A stretch of DNA of 64,000 nt, from positions 41,588-105,587 of the forward strand of contig ML992509.1 of the NCBI GenBank assembly GCA_010093995.1, given 5' to 3'. Positions 61,325 through 64,000 of this stretch are shown here, piece by piece; within the stretch, counting starts at the first letter, position 1; the number at the start of each line of letters is the position of its first letter. Origin of the DNA: Elsinoe ampelina (lineage: Eukaryota). Under the pieces are notes generated by a model. It searched no databases. It saw nothing but the letters and a program-made list of their open reading frames with translations, and was not told the DNA's origin. The translations under genes were made by a program, and so were the position numbers.

Positions 61325-61789
61325 TGTTATAAACCGTCTAAATATAGCCTACGTTAGTAGTCTAAGCTAAGCTAAGAACGAGGTAGTTCTACTTCTATAG
61401 TAGTATAGCACTAAGGTAAGAGTTAGAGAAGGTATATCTTATAGATAATAAAGTACAATTAGATAGTATTATAAAGGCTAGCCTTAGTAATACTAGTGTT
61501 TACTATCTAGACAAGGTTAACTATAGTACTTATATAAGGTAAGGACTATTTCTATATATATATATTCTTTACTATGTACTCTATATACTCTATATACTCC
61601 GTAGTAGCGCCGCTAGAGAAGATAGAGTACACGTTTGCTAGTAATTCTATACGCTCTATAGTTTCTAAGGTAGAGCTACTAGAGAAGGTAGAGAACTAAG
61701 TAAATATCGAGCTAAGTCACGTAATAACCTTAGTAGTTTAATTAGTCCTAACGTCTCTACGCTCTAGCTTATTCTACTAGTTCGTAATA
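61325..61789 (-). repeat. Gypsy 5' LTR (465 bp)
   Basis: Direct repeat of 49544-50008 with transition differences. Confidence 0.95.
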
Positions 61790-63091
61790 CTACTATATAA
61801 TTTACTACATTATTAAGTTCTATAAAAACTACTAAACTATATAGGTCTAGCTTACTAAACTCTTTACGAATAATATCTATCTACGTATAGTAAAGAACGC
61901 TATAAATTTAGCTAGATATTACAAGTGCCTAGCTTGTTAAAAGAGGTAGTTAAGGCCGAAGAACATAGTAGTAAGACTAGCCTTTTATAAGAAGTATAGG
62001 TAGTAAACCTAGAGGTAGTAGAAGTTAGTACGCTTTATAGATAAAGTACACTTTATATTAGAGTCGTAGAGAACTACTTAAGTTATCTAGAATAATATAG
62101 AGCGCTAGTGTAAGACTTATATCTAGTTTAAGATACAGTTAAAGGGGAGCTAATTACACTACTAGGCTATAGTTAGATATAACTATAAGTTAGAGATAGT
62201 CTTCTTTAACTCTAATAACAAGTCGAAGAGTACTACTTTTATATAGAACTACATCAATAAGGAAGAATTGTTACTAGAGCTAGTAATTAAGATAGAGAAA
62301 GAAGAGTATTAACTTCTTAGTAATATAAGGCCTTTAATATATAAGCACTAGTATTATAATAAGGAGGCTTATAAACACCGCTATTATAAAGTAGATTAAC
62401 TACCTTTAAAGGCTACTAGTAACCTTACTTAGATATAGTACCTTACTAAGATATTATATCTCTATTATGCTCTATATTAAACTAGCCTTCTTAGAGACTA
62501 AAAGGAAGCACTAGCTATTTATACTTTTAGAGGATAATAATAGTAGCTATAGTATAAGGAGCCTTAACAACGTAGTTGCTCGTTATAAGGCTTATCTTGA
62601 CACTAAGGGGGGCTTTTATTAGTATACTAATTACTCTTAGTTACCTAACTTTAATATTATTAAAAACATATAGAGGATTCTTAAATAGCGTATTAAGAAC
62701 TATTACTATACTACTATCGACGAGCTAAAGGCAGCTATCCTCTATAAATAGGACTATATCGATTAGGAGGAGATTAATAACCTTATAAGGAGTATACTAG
62801 AAAGGATTAAGGAGAGCATTAGACAAGAAGGCCTTTACACTCCGTGGTAAAGAGCCTTTATAGAGTTTTAGTAATACCTTTTTTCAGCTTTATCTTTTTG
62901 AATTGATTAGATTACTTAAATGCTTATAAATCCCGGATATTCACCAAAAAATTGGTGTGAATCTGGACTTGAAAAGTGCCAAGAAAGGGGGGCGGCAGTC
63001 TCCAAATTCGCTAAGCCTTGGTCCCCCGACAACAAAAGTCACTCATACATCCCTCGCCTATCAACGGCCTATCCGTCTCATAGCCTGGACC

Positions 63092-63479
63092 ATGGCCCAA
63101 GGCGCCGTCAAAATCAAGGCCACCGCCTCAAAATCGTACGTGACCTGCACCGCCACAGTGAAAAAAATCCGCATCCGCCTAACCCTCGCCTCCCACCACA
63201 GGAACAAGCCCACCGGACCTCAGCGTGGCAACAGAGTCATCAAGCCGAAGAAGGCAAAACTAGTGCAACAACACAAGCTGAAAAAGGTGACATGTGACCG
63301 TTCTTGCCATGGACGATCGTGGCTGACGTTTGCCACTACAGAAGCAGAGTGCTGGGCTGGCGGCGCTGACGGAGAAGTCCTTGGCGGAGAAGGCGGGGCA
63401 TCTGGAGATGCTGAAGGGTGGAAAAAAGGATGCGAAGGAGGCGGCGAGGAAGGGGGAGAAGGGGAAGGGGAAGAAGTGA
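63092..63479 (+). CDS. Small basic DUF2462/UPF0390-family protein (3 exons)
   Basis: Spliced product MAQGAVKIK...IKPKKAKLVQQHKLKK|KQSAGLAALTEKSLAEKAGHLEMLKGGKK...*; canonical introns 63136-63201 and 63287-63341. Confidence 0.8.
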
Positions 63480-64000
63480 GGTATGTTGATGGACTGGAGA
63501 GGTTGTGATGGACGTTTGCATGGCATTTGGATGGGCACGGGATTTGGAGGTGTGATGGCCACGGCAGTGATTACGCCCGGCGCGCAGTACGAGGACTCTC
63601 AACAGCGCCAGAGGGGTGGTATGCTGTGTCCCTGACCAATGATCTGCCTTTTACAGAAGATACCAGGGTGGAATGGCAGGGCACGATCACGTGAGGCGTG
63701 GTCATTGCGGGTCCAATGGCAACTTGTCTGAACGAAACTCACGAAGACGTTCACATTCGGGCTTTTTAACACTTCTGATCATGCTGGCTTATAATCAGGA
63801 GTAAGACCTTCTGACCGATCATCGAGACTTGGTCAAATTGCTTGTTATTCTTGCAACTATTTGTATTTTGTGCGTAAGCGATAATAAGGCCAGACGCCCC
63901 CATAACCCGGTATATCGATCGCTGGGCACTCGGCGTGCATTAGTGCGTGTCATGTTCATGTACCAATGGATGTCGGCAATCCTTGCACTATCCTCTTTGG

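Larger units (their letters stand above)
49544..61789 (-). mobile_element. Ty3/Gypsy chromovirus, copy 2 (same family as copy 1, full length, RIP-inactivated)
   Basis: Reverse complement of copy 1. LTRs at 49544-50008 and 61325-61789; 5-bp target-site duplication CTACT at 49539-49543 and 61790-61794. Confidence 0.96.
49131..63021 (+). mobile_element. Tc1/mariner-type DNA transposon (RIP-inactivated), interrupted by Gypsy copy 2
   Basis: TA then CAGT-CCAAGGCTTAGCGAATTTGGAG at 49129-49156, with its 22-bp inverted copy at 63000-63021. De-RIP transposase motifs VRF(T)D(E)VHF (62040), LEDN(DG)S(H) (62533), (S)P(D)FNII(E)NI(W) (~62645-62673), ending ...TPW* (62850). Confidence 0.88.

Overview
Filamentous ascomycete (probably Dothideomycete-like) nuclear DNA with a sharp two-compartment layout. 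A GC-balanced gene island (~11.6-49.1 kb) lies between two AT-rich transposon blocks degenerated by RIP (repeat-induced point mutation): CpA/TpG is depleted, TpA is in excess and stop codons are dense. The left block is a hAT DNA transposon interrupted by a Ty3/Gypsy chromovirus (465-bp LTRs, + strand; the 3' end falls in an assembly gap). The right block is nested three deep: a Tc1/mariner element contains a second copy of the same Gypsy family (- strand, target-site duplication CTACT), which contains a Ty1/Copia element (202-bp LTRs, duplication AGTAT, Ty5-like primer site). Island genes: SLX4, a hypothetical protein, an M28B glutamate carboxypeptidase, a blasticidin-S-deaminase-like enzyme, a class I CPD photolyase, RPS21, a GH16 CRH transglycosylase, a ~1000-aa orphan, XLF/NEJ1, cactin, a forkhead factor, a GH28 exopolygalacturonase, a mitochondrial-carrier pseudogene fragment and an HMT1-type ABC transporter. 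A small DUF2462-type gene follows the right block. The most notable observation is an antisense reading frame between pol and the 3' LTR in both Gypsy copies. After reversing RIP changes it reads as a Zn2Cys6-spaced cysteine cluster followed by a coiled coil. All family calls come from my own motif recognition, not database searches, and all 'de-RIP' translations are inferences.
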